Assembly (NCBI GenBank): GCA_963829525.1
Contig: CAWHIJ010000003.1
Span: 1,376,001-1,440,000, forward strand
DNA length: 64,000 bases
Origin: an uncultured Actinomycetota bacterium
Lineage (GTDB): Bacteria; Actinomycetota; Actinomycetes; JAHEKZ01
Reading direction: 5' to 3'
The notes under the pieces were generated by a model that did not search any database, had not been told where the DNA came from, and saw only the letters and a list, made by a program, of their open reading frames with translations. Shown here piece after piece: positions 9,876 through 19,538 of the stretch. Position 1 is the stretch's first letter. Each line of letters opens with the position of its first letter. The translations under genes and the position numbers were made by a program.

Positions 9876-10647
9876 ATGAGCGAAGCACTGCGGGTCATGG
9901 TCACTGCCGGTGGAGGCGGGATTGGTGCTGTCATCGCCAGTTCATTCGCGCGCGATGGTGCTCGCGTCCACATCTGCGACCTCGCGGCGGAGGCGATTGA
10001 CGGACTCACGTCTCGCGAACCGTCCGTGGTTGGAAGCATCGTCGACCTGTCAGATGCGGAAGCCATCGACACCTGGTGCCGGTCGACCATCGATGTTCTC
10101 GGCGGCGTCGACGTCCTCGTCAACAACGCAGGTATTGCGGGGCCGACAGCCGATGTGGAGGACATCTCGCTCGAGGACTGGCGGCAATGCATTGCCATCG
10201 ACCTCGACAGCCACTTCCTCACGTGCCGTGCTGTCGTCCCGGTGATGAAGGAGCAGCGGTCTGGCTCGATCATCAACATGTCGTCCACGGCTGGACAGCT
10301 CGGCTACGGCCGTCGGACGCCCTATGCCGCCGCCAAATGGGCCGTGATCGGTCTGACCAAGTCACTGGCGATCGAGGTGGGGCGGTACGGCGTCCGGGTG
10401 AATGCCATCTGCCCTGGGTCGGTGCGTGGTGACCGCATGGACCGCGTGATTGCTGCCGAGGCCGCAACGCGCGGCGTCGAGCCTTCGGTGGTGGAGGCGT
10501 GAGTACACCGCATCGCAGTCGATCGCCCGCTTCGTCGACCCGCAGGAGATCGCCGACATGGCGGTCTTCCTGGGCTCGCCGCAGTCGCAGATGGTCAGTG
10601 GACAGGCCATCGCCGTCGATGGCCATACCGAGACCTACCACCTCTGA
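9876..10647 (+). CDS. SDR family oxidoreductase (frameshift near 10500)
   Basis: VTAGGGGIG, NNAGIAG, YAAAK, VNAICPG; C-terminus continues in ORF 10450-10647 (SGQAIAVDG). Confidence 0.9.
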
Positions 10648-10703
10648 CAGCGCGCCGTCACACTCGACACTGAAACGGGGCCTCAAGAAGTTGTCCTGCT
10701 CGA

Positions 10704-11485
10704 TCAGCGACCGGTCCATTGGGGGGAGCGCTTCTCGGCGAAGGCGCGCGGACCCTCGAGCGCGTCCTCGGAGGCAATCATCGCCCGGTAGGCGGGTAGG
10801 TCGCCGCTCCGCAGCAGGCGGAAGCCCTCGTCGACGCGCATTCCTTCTGTCTCACGTGTCACTTCCAGCACCGCAGCAACAGCGAGCGGGGCTGACTCCT
10901 CGATTGCGGCGGCAAGCTCGAGGGCGGTGTCCAGTACATCTGCTGCCGGGACGACGCGGTTGACCAACCCCCAGCGCAGGGCCTCTTCTGCCGTGACGCG
11001 GCGTCCGGTGAGCAGCCACTCCATGGCGATCGCCTCGGGGACGCGGGCTGGGATTCGCAGCAAACCACCTGAGTCGGCGACGATGCCCGAGCTTGACCTC
11101 GGGCAGCGCGAACTCGGCGTGGTCGGCTGCGACGATGAGGTCGGCCGAGAGCGCGAGCTCGAAGCCGCCACCCATCGCCAGGCCGTTGACGGCGGCGATG
11201 ACGGGCTTGCCGATGTCGAAGAACTCGGTGAGGCCCGCGAAGCCGCCGGGGCTGTGCTCGGCGTCAACGGCCTCGCCATCGGCCGCGGCCTTGAGGTCCC
11301 ATCCGGCGCTGAAGAAGCGCTCGCCTGCCCCGGTGAGAACCGCAGTGCGCAGCGCCGGGTTGTCGCGCAGCTCGGCGAAAGGCCGCGTAGAGGTCCATGC
11401 TCGTGGCGACGTTGATCGCATTCGCCTTCGGGACGTCGAGGGTGACGAGCAGCGTGGCGCCGCGTACCTCGCTGTGGACTGTCAT
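10704..11485 (-). CDS. Enoyl-CoA hydratase, carnitinyl-CoA dehydratase (CaiD)-like (frameshifts)
   Basis: [45 protein letters not shown] spread over three frames. Confidence 0.8.
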
Positions 11486-12653
11486 CGACGTCTGTCCTTC
11501 CAGCGGACGCAGCAGCGCTCTTGAGATGATGTGCCGCTGGATCTCGCTCGTGCCGTCCCAGATGCGCTCGACGCGAGCGTCGCGCCACCATCGCTCGATC
11601 TTGTACTCGCGGACCAGCCCCATGCCGCCGAAGACCTGGACGGCGCGGTCGGTCACGCGTCCAAGGGTCTCGGTGGCCATCAGCTTGGCCATGGCGACGT
11701 CGGTGTCGGACACGGTGCCGTCGTCGACGCGCGATGCTGCCTGAAGGGTGAGCAGCTGGGCCGCCTCGATCTCGAGAGCGGAGTCCGCGAGCTGGAAGCT
11801 GAGGCCCTGGAAACGGCCGATCGGCTGGCCGAACTGCTCGCGGCTGACCGCCCACGAGAGGGCCTCTTGCAGGACGCGCTGAGCCCGACCGACCGAGTTC
11901 GCTGCGACGGCCAGGCGCGTCGCCCCGAGCCACTGGCCCATCAAGTCGAAGCCCCGTCCTTCCTCTCCGAGAAGCGCTGACTGCTGGCATGCGGACGTTG
12001 TCGAAGTGGAGCTCGCAGTGGTGGTAGCCGCGGTGCGAGACGCTGGGAGAGCCCTTGGTGATCGTGAGTCCCGGTAGATCTGAGTCGACCACGAAGGACG
12101 AGATCAGCTTTCGTGGTCCTCGGGAGGACTGCTCTTCGCCGGTGGCCGCGAACAAGATGATGAAGTCGGAGATGTCGGCGTGGCTGATGAAGTGCTTCGT
12201 GCCGTTGACCACCCAGTCATCGCCGTCGCGTCGCGCTGTCGTGGTCATGCCCCGTACATCGGAGCCGGCGCCGGGCTCGGTGATCGCCAGGCACTCCTGC
12301 TTCTCGCCGCGGACGGTAGGTAGCAGGTACTTGTCGATCTGGTCACCGGTGCACCCCATCAAGATGCGGCTGGGCCGTGCCACGAAGTGGTGCAGCGCGA
12401 AGGACGTGCGCCCCAGCTCTCGCTCGACGAGCGCCAGCGAGACGGCGTCCAGCCCGGCGCCCCCGACGTCCTCGGGCATGTTGGCGGCGTAGAGGCCAGC
12501 GGCTAGTGCCTTCGAGCGGATCGACTGCGCCAGCTCGGGGGTGACCTCGTCGAGCTGCTCGACCTCGTCCTCATGGGGCATCAGCTCGCGCTCGACGAAC
12601 TGGCGGACGGTGTCGACGATGGCACGCTGCTCGTCGGTCAGGGCGAAGTCCAT
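11482..12653 (-). CDS. Acyl-CoA dehydrogenase (frameshift near 11975)
   Basis: MDFALTDEQ, AITEPGAGSD, NGTKHFIS, AVQVFGGMG, RIWDGTSEIQR. Confidence 0.9.
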
Positions 12654-12667
12654 CGCGTACTACTCCT

Positions 12668-13239
12668 TCAGTCGGTGGGCTTGCGGGGTGGAAGCCCCAT
12701 GACGTGGCCAACGTAGTCGGGGACGGGGAGCGCGGCATGTGCTGACTCGATCGCCTTCAGCCGTTCGTAGAGATGGTCCGGCAGCGGTGCGACCTTGCCG
12801 GCCGCCATGTCGACGTGCAGCAGCATCTGCTCGGCCGTCGCTACCGGCAGTTCGGTCGTCGGCGTCCAGCACCTCGTGCACGATGTGGACGCGTTTGCGA
12901 TCGACGCCCAGCACCTGCAGCGTGAAGGTGAGGTGGTCACCCTCGTCGCACTCGCGTAGGTGGTGCAGGTGGGTCTCGGCCGTGTAGAGCGAGCCGCCGT
13001 TGGCGCGGTACTCCTCGTCGATGCCGAAGTAGCGGAAGAATGCGTCGGCGTTGTCGCCGACGACGAGCAGGTAGCTCGACTCACTCATGTGGCCGTTGTA
13101 GTCGCACCAGGCGTGCGCGACCGTCGCCTCGTGCAGGCGCAACGGGGCCTCGATGGGTGCCTCGGCGTCCCAACCGGCGTGCAGCTTGCCTTCGTTGGGG
13201 GTGGTGACCCGTCGCGGGGGGTTGGTGTCGCTCAGTCAT
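12668..13239 (-). CDS. Hotdog-fold thioesterase, CdhB / betainyl-CoA thioesterase-like (frameshifts)
   Basis: W.DYNGHM, YTAETHL, EQMLLHVD; SD GGAAGGA before the ATG at 13239. Confidence 0.8.
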
Positions 13240-13282
13240 GCCGTCCTTCCGCTGGATCCTTTGCTCGTGGCACGATCTGCCG

Positions 13283-13740
13283 GTGAGCAATGACACCGTA
13301 GTGAGTGCCCCGTACACAGCCTTCTCATGTAGCGTCCCGTCGTCGTCGATCGACTACAACGGGCACATGAACGACGCGGCGTACGCCCAGGTGCTGACCG
13401 ACGCCAACGAGATGTTCCTTGATGCTCTTGGGCTGAGCGCTGACTACCGGGAACGCACCGGCGGCGCCATGTACACCGTCGAGATCACCCTGAAGTTCCT
13501 GCACGAGGTGAATGCTGCTGACACGATTCGGGCGGAGTCGTGGGTGACGTCGTGCGACTCCAAGCGGTTGCGGCTGGCGACCACCTTGCTGGTCGGCGAC
13601 ACCCCAGTGGCGGCCGGTGACTCGCTCTACCTGCACGTCGACACCCGTAAGCGGCAAGGTCAGCCCGTTCCCCGATGGACCGGGCGCAGCTGCTGGCGCG
13701 CATGGAGAAGGCTCACGACGAGGCGTCTGCTCCCCGCTGA
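13283..13740 (+). CDS. Second hotdog-fold thioesterase, paralog on the opposite strand (frameshifts near 3' end)
   Basis: IDYNGHMNDAAY, MYTVEITL, LYLHVD; CACGAT-N6-GTG leaderless-type start; reconstructed end ...MEKAHDEASAPR*. Confidence 0.8.
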
Positions 13741-14756
13741 ACCAGGCTGGTCTCGTACTGCTTGAGCACGGCGCCGGCCGCGTAGTCGCGGCCGCGCAGG
13801 CCTTGCAGGACGCCGACCAGGCAGTCGTCGCTGCAGCCGCTCGAGCTCGCGGACGTCGGCACCGGCGGCCTGAGCGTCGGACTGCTGCTCGATGCGGTCG
13901 AGCAGCTCGTCGGTGAGCTCGGGGACGTCGGTGAGCTTGCTCCACGGCCACTGCAGCGCGGGGCCGAACTGGGCCATGAAGTGGCGCATGCCGCCCTCGC
14001 CGCCGGCGATCCGGTAGGTGAGCATCGTGCCCATGGATGCCCATCGGAGGCCGGCGCCGTAGCGAATGGCGTCGTCGACCTGCTCGACCGTGGCGACGCC
14101 GTCGTTGACAAGCCACAGCGCCTCGCGCCACAGCGCCTCGAGCAGCCGGTCGGCGACGAAGCCGTCGATCTCGTGCTGCAGGACAAGCGGTTTCATGCCG
14201 AGCGACCGGTAGACGTCGGCGGCGCGGGTGATCGACATCTGCAGAGGTGCTCCTTGCCCGGGCAGACCTCGACGAGCGGCAGCAGGTAGACCGGGTTGAA
14301 CGGGTGCCCGACGACGAGGCGCTCGGGGTGCTTCATGTCGCTCTGCAGCAGTGTCGGCAAGATGCCAGACGTCGAGCTGCCGAAGACAACGTCAGGTCCG
14401 GCGGCTTCACTGGCGGCGGCAAGGAGTGAGCGCTTGATCTGCTCGTTCTCTGGCGCGCTCTCCTGCACGAACTGCACGCCGCTGGCGGCCTCCTGCGGGG
14501 TGGTAGCCCTGGTGAGCGACCCCTGTGCAGGAAGCGGGGCGTCGGTCAGCGAGCTCCAGGCGCGGCGTGCGTTGGCCAGCATCTCGTCGACCTTGCGCTC
14601 GGCCTCGGGGTCGGGGTCGAACAGCTGGACGTCGACTCCGTTGATCAGGAACCGAGCTGCCCAGCCGCCACCGATGACCCCGCCGCCGAGCAGACCGGCC
14701 CTGGCCAGGCCGAGCTGCTCTGGCGACTGGACCGCCTCAGGCGCGGCGTCAGCCAT
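13713..14756 (-). CDS. L-carnitine 3-dehydrogenase (3-hydroxyacyl-CoA dehydrogenase family; frameshifts near 14245 and 13835)
   Basis: GGGVIGGGWAARF, QESAPE, GHPFNPVYLLPLVEV, ADRLLEALWREAL, YRIAGGEGGMRHFMAQFGPAL. Confidence 0.85.
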
Positions 14757-15657
14757 GCTTGACCAGGCCCAGCTTGTCGCGCACCTCAGCTGGCGACATG
14801 ACGCGTACGTTCATGGCCTCGAGCAGGGTCTTGGCGCGCCCGACGAGGTCGCCGTTGCTGGCGAGAACACCCTTGGAGAGGTAGAGGTTGTCCTCGAGTC
14901 CGACGCGGACGTTGGCACCGACCAGTGGCGCGAGAGCGGCGTACGGAAGCTGGAATCGGCCGATGGAGAACATCGAGAAGACCGAGCCGGTCGGCAGGTT
15001 GTTGATCATCGACTGCAGGGTGAGGACGTCGTTCGGCGCGCCGTAAGGGATGCCCATGCACAGCTGGATCATCGCCGGGTCGTCGATCAGCCCCTCCTTG
15101 ACGAGCTCATTCAGCAGCACGAGGTCTCCGGTGTCGAAGATCTCGACCTCCGGCTTGACGCCGAGGTCCTTGATGCCCTTGGCCATGGCGCGCACCATGC
15201 CCGGGGTGTTCACCATGATGTAGTCGCCACCGGCGGCGAAGTTCATCGTGCCCGCGTCCAGCGTGCAGATCTCCGGCTTGAGCTCGGCGACGTGCTGGAG
15301 CCGCTCGGTGACCGACGCCATGTCGGTGCCGGCGTCGTTGGGGGGAGAGGTGCGTCGACGCCGCCGAGGACGAGGTCGCCGCCCATGCCGGTGGTGAGGT
15401 TGAGGACGACGTCGACCTTGGAGTCGCGGATCCGCTCGACGGCCTCGCGGAAGAGCTCGGGGCGCCTGCGATCCCTTGCCGGTCTCGGGGTCGCGCACGT
15501 GCACGTGCACGACGGCGGCGCCGGCCTCCGCTGCCTCGATCGCCGACGCAGCGATCTGCTCGGGGGTCACCGGGACCTTGTCGCTGATCCCGGCTGAGTC
15601 ACCTGAGCCGGTGAGGGCGCAGGTGATGAAGGCGGATGACTGCAGGGGGAGCGACAC
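14749..15657 (-). CDS. Beta-keto acid cleavage enzyme (BKACE/DUF849), dehydrocarnitine cleavage CdhC-like (internal compensated frameshift)
   Basis: ITCALTG, AVVHVHVRDP, PEICTLD.GTMNF, VRVGLEDN. Confidence 0.9.
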   Translation of the reverse strand: MSLPLQSSAFITCALTGSGDSAGISDKVPVTPEQIAASAIEAAEAGAAVVHVHVRDPETGKGSQAPRALPRGRRADPRLQGRRRPQPHHRHGRRPRPRRRRRTSPPNDAGTDMASVTERLQHVAELKPEICTLDAGTMNFAAGGDYIMVNTPGMVRAMAKGIKDLGVKPEVEIFDTGDLVLLNELVKEGLIDDPAMIQLCMGIPYGAPNDVLTLQSMINNLPTGSVFSMFSIGRFQLPYAALAPLVGANVRVGLEDNLYLSKGVLASNGDLVGRAKTLLEAMNVRVMSPAEVRDKLGLVKHG

Positions 15658-15697
15658 GGTGACCTCCGGGCGGAGTGGTGGAGTAGCCGGGGCCGCC

Positions 15698-15724
15698 TCA
15701 CGATGCATTAATTGCATTATGTGA
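15698..15724. promoter_or_regulatory. AT-rich palindrome, candidate IclR operator
   Basis: TCACG-ATGCA-TTAAT-TGCAT-TATGTGA between the divergent BKACE and IclR genes. Confidence 0.5.
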
Positions 15725-15788
15725 ACATCCGTCTACTATCGTGCGACGACGCTAGAAGCCTCGATGAGAGGCTGTCAAGGAGTTCGCG

Positions 15789-16571
15789 ATGAATCCGTCC
15801 GAGCATTCCACAAGGCGACCTGGGCCAGCCCAGTCGGTGCAGTCGGTCGACCGGGCTCTCGATCTGCTTGGCCGCTGTCGCTGCCAGCGAGCAAGCACCG
15901 TCGGTGGCCGAGCTGGCGCAGCCCACTGCGGCATCAACCGCAGCACTGCATGGCGACTGCTTGCCACGCTGGAGGCGCACGGGATGGTCGAGCGGGCGTC
16001 GGCGTCCAGTGGATTTCGAGTGGGCTACGGGGCCGTCCGGCTGGGTGCGGCAGCAGACGAGGCGTCTGTGGTGCGGCGGGTCCGGCCGGCACTGGAGGAC
16101 CTGTCGGCGGCGACGGGCGAGACGGTGAGCCTCGCGCTGGTCAAGACAGCGAGCCTTCGGTACGTCGACCACCTCTCGGTGATCGGTGCCACCTTTGCCC
16201 CGTGGACCGAGGAGCGCGTCTCGTTGCACTCGACGTCGAGCGGCAAGATCTTCCTCGCGTGGCTCTCCGAGGCTGAGCGTGAGGGCGCACTGCCGTCGAC
16301 GCTCGAGCGGTTCACCGAGAACACCACGGTAGACCGCCAGGCGCTGGAGACCGAGCTCGCCGAAGCACGACGGCTTGGCTATGCGTGCTGTCGCGGGGAG
16401 GACGCCGCACTCACCAACGGGGTTTCGGCGGCGGTGCTGGACGCCCGCCGGCGTCCGATCGCGGTGGTCAACATCTGGGGGCCGGAGCGACGCATCCCGA
16501 CAGACCGCTTCGCCGAGCTTGGGCCTGCCGTTGTGCAGACAGCTGACCGCGTGGCAGCTTTGCTGGCATGA
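15789..16571 (+). CDS. IclR family transcriptional regulator (local compensated frameshift in the HTH region)
   Basis: VQSVDRALDLL, INRSTAWRLL, TGETV, LHSTSSGKIFLA. Confidence 0.9.
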   Translation: MNPSEHSTRRPGPAQSVQSVDRALDLLGRCRCQRASTVGGRAGAAHCGINRSTAWRLLATLEAHGMVERASASSGFRVGYGAVRLGAAADEASVVRRVRPALEDLSAATGETVSLALVKTASLRYVDHLSVIGATFAPWTEERVSLHSTSSGKIFLAWLSEAEREGALPSTLERFTENTTVDRQALETELAEARRLGYACCRGEDAALTNGVSAAVLDARRRPIAVVNIWGPERRIPTDRFAELGPAVVQTADRVAALLA

Positions 16572-17680
16572 AGAACCCCGAATGGCAGTCCGGTCCCTTC
16601 AACCGCTGGTCGTTTCAGCACGTCGACGAGGTCGTTGATGGCGTTGTGCTGACGCGCGGTGACGGGCCGGTGCTCGAGCTGGTCGACGCCCCCCTGTCGC
16701 TCGGACCGGACCTTGACACCTTTCTGGACCGGTCGTACACCGACGGCTTCATCGTTCTCCGCGGTCGTGAAGTGTTGTGTGAGCGGTACCTGAACGGCAT
16801 GACCCCGACGACCAAGCACCTACTCCAGTCTGTGTCGAAGTCGATGTGTTCGGCCATCTTCGGGCAGTTTGTCGCCAGCGGCGCTGTGTCTGTTGATGAC
16901 GCCGTTTCGCTCTATGTGCCCGAGCTCGCCGAGTCTGCCTACGGGGATGCCACCGTTCAGCAAGTTCTCGACATGACCGTGGCAGTGCAGTACAACGAGG
17001 ACTACGCCAACCCCGACTCCGAGGTGCAGACCCACGAGAGAGCCGGTGGCTGGCGCCCCTCACTGCCCGGCGATCCGGTTGATACCTACGAGTTCCTTTC
17101 GACGCTCAAGAAGTCGGGAGACCACGGGAAGACATTCTCTTACTGCTCGGCCAATACCGACGTGCTGGCCTGGATTCTCGAGCGGGTCAGCGGTCGTACC
17201 TTTGCCGACATGCTGGCGACTGACCTGTGGTCGAAGATCGGAGCCGAGGACGAGGCGTTTGTAACGGTCGACGCGACGGGCTTTCCGATGGCCAACGGCG
17301 GGATCAACGTGACCTTGCGCGATCTGGCACGATTCGGTCGGGTCGTCCTCGATCGGGGCTTGGGGCCGGACGGCCACCCGGTGATCCCGCCGGAGTGGAT
17401 CGATGACACGTGCCGAGGTGGCGATCCCGCTCTAGCAGCGGAGAGCATGGGCGAGGTCCACCCCAGAGGGAGCTACCGAAACCAATTCTGGATCTCCGGT
17501 GACTCCCATGGGTGCTTCTACGGCATCGGGATCTATGGCCAGTACGTCTGGATGGACCCAGCGTCAGACGTCGTGGTGGCCAAGGTGTCGTCCTTGCCCG
17601 CGGCCGACGACGATGCACAGTGGGCTGAGCATGTCGGTTTCCTCGACAATCTGACGCACAGGGTGTTGGCGCCCGAGTAG
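16568..17680 (+). CDS. Serine hydrolase of the beta-lactamase fold, NylB (6-aminohexanoate-dimer hydrolase)-like
   Basis: PFNRWSFQH, SVSK (SxxK), YCSANTD, GIGIYGQ. Confidence 0.85.
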   Translation: MKNPEWQSGPFNRWSFQHVDEVVDGVVLTRGDGPVLELVDAPLSLGPDLDTFLDRSYTDGFIVLRGREVLCERYLNGMTPTTKHLLQSVSKSMCSAIFGQFVASGAVSVDDAVSLYVPELAESAYGDATVQQVLDMTVAVQYNEDYANPDSEVQTHERAGGWRPSLPGDPVDTYEFLSTLKKSGDHGKTFSYCSANTDVLAWILERVSGRTFADMLATDLWSKIGAEDEAFVTVDATGFPMANGGINVTLRDLARFGRVVLDRGLGPDGHPVIPPEWIDDTCRGGDPALAAESMGEVHPRGSYRNQFWISGDSHGCFYGIGIYGQYVWMDPASDVVVAKVSSLPAADDDAQWAEHVGFLDNLTHRVLAPE

Positions 17681-17748
17681 CGCGCTGACCACCGGTCGAC
17701 TGTGGGCTGGTCAGGTCCACGGGTCTCTCGTCTGACACGCTGGCTCCC

Positions 17749-19536
17749 GTGGCGCCCAGGAACCTGCTCAACATCGAGGACGCCGAAAAGACCTTTGGTC
17801 GCGAGCCGGTCTTAAATGGTGTCTCGCTTGGTGTCGCTGTAGGTGAGCGGATCGGCGTCGTAGGACGCAACGGTGGCGGAAAGTCCACGCTGCTCAAGGT
17901 GATGGCTGGGCTGGAGACGGCCGACTCCGGCCGGGTGACGCGTGCAAGCACGCTGCAGCTTGGCGTCCTGGCACAGGTGACGACCTTCACCCCTGACCAG
18001 ACAATCGCCGAGTTCACCCTTGGCGACCGCGACGAGCACGACTGGGCGTCGGAGGCTCGATCGCGTGAGATTCTCGCCGCGTTGCTGGGCGGGTTCGACG
18101 CAGCGCGGCTAGGGCGCGTGATGGGCGAGCTCTCCGGCGGTGAGCAGCGCCGCGTCCAGCTCGCCCACCTCTTGCTCCAGAACCTCGATCTCTTGCTGTT
18201 GGACGAGCCGACGAACCACCTCGACGTGGAAGCTGTTGACTGGTTGGCGCGACATCTGCGGTCGCGGCCAACAATGTCGGTCGTGGTGGTGACGCACGAT
18301 CGTTGGTTCCTTGATGAGGTCAGCGACCGCATGTGGGAGGTCGTCGATGGCGGCGTCGAGGAGTATGAGGGTGGCTACTCGGCCTTCGTACTTGCCAAGG
18401 CCGAGCGGGAGCGACAGTCGAACGTCGAGCAGCAGCGGCGCAACAATTTGATCCGTAAAGAGCTGGCATGGCTGCGCAGAGGACCACCGGCGCGTACGTC
18501 GAAACCGAAGTTCCGCATCGATGCCGCCAACGAACTGATCTCCGGAGAGCCACCGCCGCGCAACCAGGTTGAGTTGCTTGCGTTCGCCGGAGCCCGGCTG
18601 GGGAGGACGGTCTTCGAAACCCACGACGTCTCCCTGTCATTCGGCGATCGTCAGCTGCTCGACCACCTCACCTGGGATGTTGGGCCTGGCGACCGCATCG
18701 GAGTGATCGGTGTCAATGGTGCGGGCAAGACTTCACTGGTGCGGCTGCTTCTCGGTCTGCAGCAGCCGACGGCGGGGCGGGCCGTTGTCGGCGTCACGGT
18801 GAAGGCTGCCTATCTGTCGCAGCACCTGGAAGAGCTCGACCCCACCTGGCGGGTGCTTGAAGCCGTCGAGAAGGTTGCTCAACGCGTTGAGCTGAGCAAA
18901 GGTCGAGAGCTGTCGGCAACTCAACTGTGTGAGCGCCTCGGCTTCGGCGGCGACGCGCAGTGGACGCCGGTCGGGGATCTCTCGGGGGGAGAGCGGCGCA
19001 GACTCCAGCTGACCCGGCTGTTGATGGGCGGGCCGAACGTTCTGGTGCTCGACGAGCCGACGAACGACTTCGACGTCGAGACGCTGACGGCGCTGGAAGA
19101 TCTGCTCGACTCGTTCGGCGGAACCCTCCTGGTGATCTCGCACGACCGGTACTTCCTGGAGCGGGTGTGCGACCGCCTCGTGGCCCTGATGGGAGATGGG
19201 GCGGTTCGTGACCTTCCCGGCGGCCTGGAGCAGTACCTCGAGCTGATCCACAGCAACCAGGAGCGACAGCCACCTGCCGGTGCGCGCGCGGCGCGGGCTA
19301 AGTCACCGACCAAGACTGCTCGCCTGGACGAGCGCGCCCAGCGCAAGGAGCTCGCACGGTTGGAGCGGCTCATGTCCCAGCTCAGTGACAAGGAGGCAGA
19401 GCTGCATCGGGCGATGTCCGAGAGCGCGACGGACCACGTCCGGGTCAGCGAGCTGAACGATCAGCTTCGTGAGGTGACATCGGAGAAGTTCGCGGCCGAG
19501 GACGCCTGGCTCGCACTGTCCGTCGACTCCGAGTAG
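17749..19536 (+). CDS. ABC-F family ATPase (Uup-like)
   Basis: Two NBDs (GRNGGGKS, GVNGAGKT, LSGGE twice, LDEPTN twice), no TM segments, C-terminal coiled coil. Confidence 0.95.
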   Translation: MAPRNLLNIEDAEKTFGREPVLNGVSLGVAVGERIGVVGRNGGGKSTLLKVMAGLETADSGRVTRASTLQLGVLAQVTTFTPDQTIAEFTLGDRDEHDWASEARSREILAALLGGFDAARLGRVMGELSGGEQRRVQLAHLLLQNLDLLLLDEPTNHLDVEAVDWLARHLRSRPTMSVVVVTHDRWFLDEVSDRMWEVVDGGVEEYEGGYSAFVLAKAERERQSNVEQQRRNNLIRKELAWLRRGPPARTSKPKFRIDAANELISGEPPPRNQVELLAFAGARLGRTVFETHDVSLSFGDRQLLDHLTWDVGPGDRIGVIGVNGAGKTSLVRLLLGLQQPTAGRAVVGVTVKAAYLSQHLEELDPTWRVLEAVEKVAQRVELSKGRELSATQLCERLGFGGDAQWTPVGDLSGGERRRLQLTRLLMGGPNVLVLDEPTNDFDVETLTALEDLLDSFGGTLLVISHDRYFLERVCDRLVALMGDGAVRDLPGGLEQYLELIHSNQERQPPAGARAARAKSPTKTARLDERAQRKELARLERLMSQLSDKEAELHRAMSESATDHVRVSELNDQLREVTSEKFAAEDAWLALSVDSE

Positions 19537-19538
19537 GC

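Noticed and set aside
10704-12653. 649-aa ORF, and in-frame run-on of the acyl-CoA dehydrogenase into the hydratase, suggesting a fusion
   Set aside because: The long ORF is stitched across frameshifts. An ATGA at 11485-11482 fits an ordinary stop/start overlap if one base is mis-called in this indel-rich region.
16568-17680. Calling the hydrolase a beta-lactamase or a true nylon-oligomer hydrolase
   Set aside because: The SxxK fold is shared by many esterases and amidases; the substrate cannot be read from motifs, and the context points to betaine/carnitine metabolism.
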